A stretch of DNA of 51,361 nucleotides from Acidimicrobiales bacterium (GTDB lineage: Bacteria > Actinomycetota > Acidimicrobiia > Acidimicrobiales > JABEUL01). The position numbers and the translations under genes are program-made. Below the pieces are notes generated by a model. The model ran no database searches. It was not told where the DNA came from and worked only from the letters and a program-made list of their open reading frames with translations. The stretch lies in assembly GCA_027371755.1 (NCBI GenBank), contig DAHXLF010000001.1:1-51361 (forward strand), in the 5' to 3' direction. Shown here in pieces: positions 47,823 to 51,361 of the stretch (position 1 is the first letter of the stretch; every line of letters begins with the position of its first letter).

Positions 47823-48722
47823 TTGTTTTATATTAGTAAAAATGATAGTGTCGACGTGATTTTTGTAAATAAAATTCCAAAAAGAAGATCGTGGCAGATC
47901 ACAGCAATTAAACTGTTTTCTGTCGTGCTGCTTTTGTGTACGTCCTTTTTCGGGCTTGCTTTGACGCCGGCTTACGGCTTAACTTTAAATCAGCCTGTTT
48001 TGTCAGTAATGATAGTACCGAGACTATCAAATGGCTACCTACCCGTTGCAGTATCCTCTTTAAACTCCTCAATAAGTTCAGGTAGCTTGTTCCCCATTCC
48101 CAACTTTATAAATTTGCCGGGTAATCTAAATTCGGTACCGGCTAATTTGGACGCATATATCAGAACCTTTACCCCCAACGGTAATCTGCCACAAACCGTC
48201 GAGAGAACCAATTTATTCGTTATTGAAGGAGTTTACACATCCGACCAACCTACTTTAGAGGGGTTGGACGAAAAGTTCACAGACTACATTAAAGGTTTCA
48301 ACGGATCAAATATGGTAGCTCCCGGTCAACGGGCAGGCGGCCAATGTGTATCATGTGTCTTTTCGGTCAACTATAAAATTAATACTTCATCGGGTACAAT
48401 ACCGGTTTATTCATTCGTTTCCGATTTTTACGTAAACGGAGTTTTTTATCTTGTTGCCAGCGAATCGAGTTCGAATTCGATTAGTCTTGCCGACTTTAAC
48501 AAAGAAGTCTTGGCGCAAAAAAACTATGCCGTTAATTCGGGACTGCCAAAGGTTTCTGTTACGGTTCAGCCATCTGTTGCTACAAGTAAAGCCGTTGAGA
48601 TTATTGCTTTGATTGCGCTGATTGTCTTAGTCATGGGGTATTTTTGGTACAGAGCTGCATCTAAGAGATCGGCGGCGATTTCCCGTCAAATGGCATACAG
48701 ATTTCAATCCGATAAGAACTAA
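47823..48722 (+). CDS. Hypothetical bitopic envelope protein (N-terminal signal/anchor and C-terminal TM)
   Basis: KIPKRRSWQ followed by a hydrophobic segment ending PAYG. C-terminal TM AVEIIALIALIVLVMGYFWY with a basic tail. The start is uncertain (TTG 47823 or GTG 47856). Confidence 0.45.
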   Translation: MFYISKNDSVDVIFVNKIPKRRSWQITAIKLFSVVLLLCTSFFGLALTPAYGLTLNQPVLSVMIVPRLSNGYLPVAVSSLNSSISSGSLFPIPNFINLPGNLNSVPANLDAYIRTFTPNGNLPQTVERTNLFVIEGVYTSDQPTLEGLDEKFTDYIKGFNGSNMVAPGQRAGGQCVSCVFSVNYKINTSSGTIPVYSFVSDFYVNGVFYLVASESSSNSISLADFNKEVLAQKNYAVNSGLPKVSVTVQPSVATSKAVEIIALIALIVLVMGYFWYRAASKRSAAISRQMAYRFQSDKN

Positions 48723-48781
48723 ATCTTTTTCGTTATTTTTTCAAAATGTATCGAAGTCAAATTTTTCAAAATAAAATACAT

Positions 48782-48808
48782 TTAGCACTCTAATATTGAG
48801 AGTGCTAA
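48782..48808 (+). promoter_or_regulatory. CIRCE operator (HrcA binding site)
   Basis: TTAGCACTC-taatattga-GAGTGCTAA is a perfect match to the CIRCE consensus TTAGCACTC-N9-GAGTGCTAA. It lies 62 nt upstream of the groEL start. Confidence 0.9.
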
Positions 48809-48852
48809 TTTATGCTATGATCGGTTAGTACATGAAATTAACGATAATTTAA

Positions 48853-50493
<1,641 letters not shown>

Positions 50494-50530
50494 ACCAACT
50501 GCTTAACCTAAATAAGTTTTTTAAGTTATG

Positions 50531-50570
50531 GGCGTCCCAGAAAAATTAGCCTAGGACGCCTTTAACTTTT
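50531..50570 (+). terminator. Rho-independent terminator after groEL
   Basis: ggcgtcccag (50531-40) pairs with ctaggacgcc (50551-60), one mismatch, 10-nt loop. It is followed by tttaactttt. Confidence 0.7.
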
Positions 50571-50636
50571 AGAAGTTGTATTTGGAGAAAAAACATGTTG
50601 TGTTTTGTCCGCACCTTTTAGCCTAGACTTTTAATT

Positions 50637-51338
50637 GTGTTTAAAATAATGAGTCCGGATCCCGGATTGATGGTCGTTCATCTTGGAGTAAAACAGACGG
50701 GAGTTTTTGAACCTGACAGCCTGCGTAAGATATGCGACGATTTTTGTTCAAATAACGGACAGATTGTCTATGTATCGACGGTCGGTTCGGTTTCGCAAGC
50801 AGTTTTTATGTTACTGTCAAAAGATGTTGTAGCATTAAAAATCTTCCAGTCAGGTCTGAATAGATGTGGCTTTGAATTGACTTTAACATACGTATCAATC
50901 ACCGAGGTCAGTGAATATGCCCAAGGTATGCCCCAACCTATGAAAGATTTACGACTTTATCCAAGTTTGCCTCCTGAGGGCTTTACAAGCTGGTGCTTTT
51001 ACCCTATGTCGAAACGACGATCTGGCTCGTATAATTGGTATCTATTAGATTACGAGGCTAGAGATCTGCTCATGAGAGCTCACGGTGCCGTAGGTAGAAA
51101 ATTCGCCGGCAGGGTCGTTCAGCTTGTTACAGGATCTACCGGTGTCGATAATTACGAATGGGGAGTCACGCTATTCGCCAAAGCGCCGACCGATTTAAAA
51201 GAAGTCGTTTATAGGATGCGTTATGATGAAGCGTCTGCAAAGTATGCTGATTTCGGTGATTTTATATTTGGATTTGTTGTTGAGGATTTAGAGGAACTAA
51301 CTAAGTTAAACCGTTGTAATGAATGCACTCCTAAATAA
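50637..51338 (+). CDS. hemQ: Chlorite-dismutase-like coproheme decarboxylase (HemQ/ChdC)
   Basis: WCFYPMSKRR...YNWYLLDYEARDLLMRAHG..GRKFAGRVVQLVTGSTGVDNYEWGVTLFA is the characteristic HemQ core. The start is GTG 50637 or ATG 50649. Confidence 0.8.
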   Translation: MFKIMSPDPGLMVVHLGVKQTGVFEPDSLRKICDDFCSNNGQIVYVSTVGSVSQAVFMLLSKDVVALKIFQSGLNRCGFELTLTYVSITEVSEYAQGMPQPMKDLRLYPSLPPEGFTSWCFYPMSKRRSGSYNWYLLDYEARDLLMRAHGAVGRKFAGRVVQLVTGSTGVDNYEWGVTLFAKAPTDLKEVVYRMRYDEASAKYADFGDFIFGFVVEDLEELTKLNRCNECTPK

Positions 51339-51361
51339 AGAGAAAGATTTGCTTGCGCTCC

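Overview
This is a 51.4-kb, visibly AT-rich chromosomal window. I call about 36 protein-coding genes. By eye I found no rRNA, tRNA, CRISPR array, transposase, integrase or phage genes.

The gene content points to Actinomycetota. Supporting genes are an AftD-like giant GT-C glycosyltransferase, TreS with a maltokinase homolog, class II FBPase GlpX, and an Asp-type MurA. Others are MeaB, a CysO-like sulfur carrier, a stand-alone CIRCE-controlled groEL, HemQ, and several apparently leaderless gene starts.

Gene blocks, left to right:
- 1-135: an AT-rich tandem repeat array cut by the window edge.
- 494-5400: envelope proteins, comprising a TM-anchored binding-protein-like protein, a beta-helix lipoprotein and a polytopic membrane protein.
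- 5537-10382: a complete LIV-type ABC importer with a fused LivH-LivM permease.
- 10605-13984: an MFS transporter, a secreted alpha/beta-hydrolase-fold protein lacking the nucleophile Ser, and a small lipoprotein.
- 14146-18696: a 1516-aa AftD-like (DUF3367 with discoidin domain) membrane glycosyltransferase.
- 18697-19683: a ~1-kb gap with no called ORF. It hides a start-less, TAA-interrupted Cys-repeat reading frame and a perfect 12-bp palindrome.
- 19684-21054: a Cys-rich surface protein with a sortase-like C-terminal signal.
- 21401-25197: an amino-sugar module (GH20 hexosaminidase, GNAT, NagA).
- 25459-30760: a PuuD-like amidohydrolase, aldehyde dehydrogenase, class III aminotransferase and M20 peptidase operon.
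- 30795-35805: a secreted LIP-family lipase, a DCC thiol oxidoreductase, a ThDP enzyme and an FAD oxidase.
- 36441-44546: glpX, murA, meaB, treS, the maltokinase-like gene and galT.
- 45749-47481: a SAM-I-clan riboswitch in front of a ThrC-like/MoaD-CysO-like pair.
- 48782-51338: CIRCE-groEL and hemQ.

The items I consider most worth follow-up:
1. The atypical SAM riboswitch. It has a giant P3 insertion and no junction P4, and its P1 3' strand overlaps the Shine-Dalgarno sequence. It controls a ThrC-like enzyme and a GG-terminated sulfur carrier, which is likely protein-thiocarboxylate-dependent homocysteine synthesis.
2. An intact TreS paired with a maltokinase homolog whose catalytic loop is degenerate.
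3. The hidden interrupted reading frame next to the AftD-like and surface-protein genes.

All calls rest on manual reading of the sequence and on remembered family motifs. No database searches were run.
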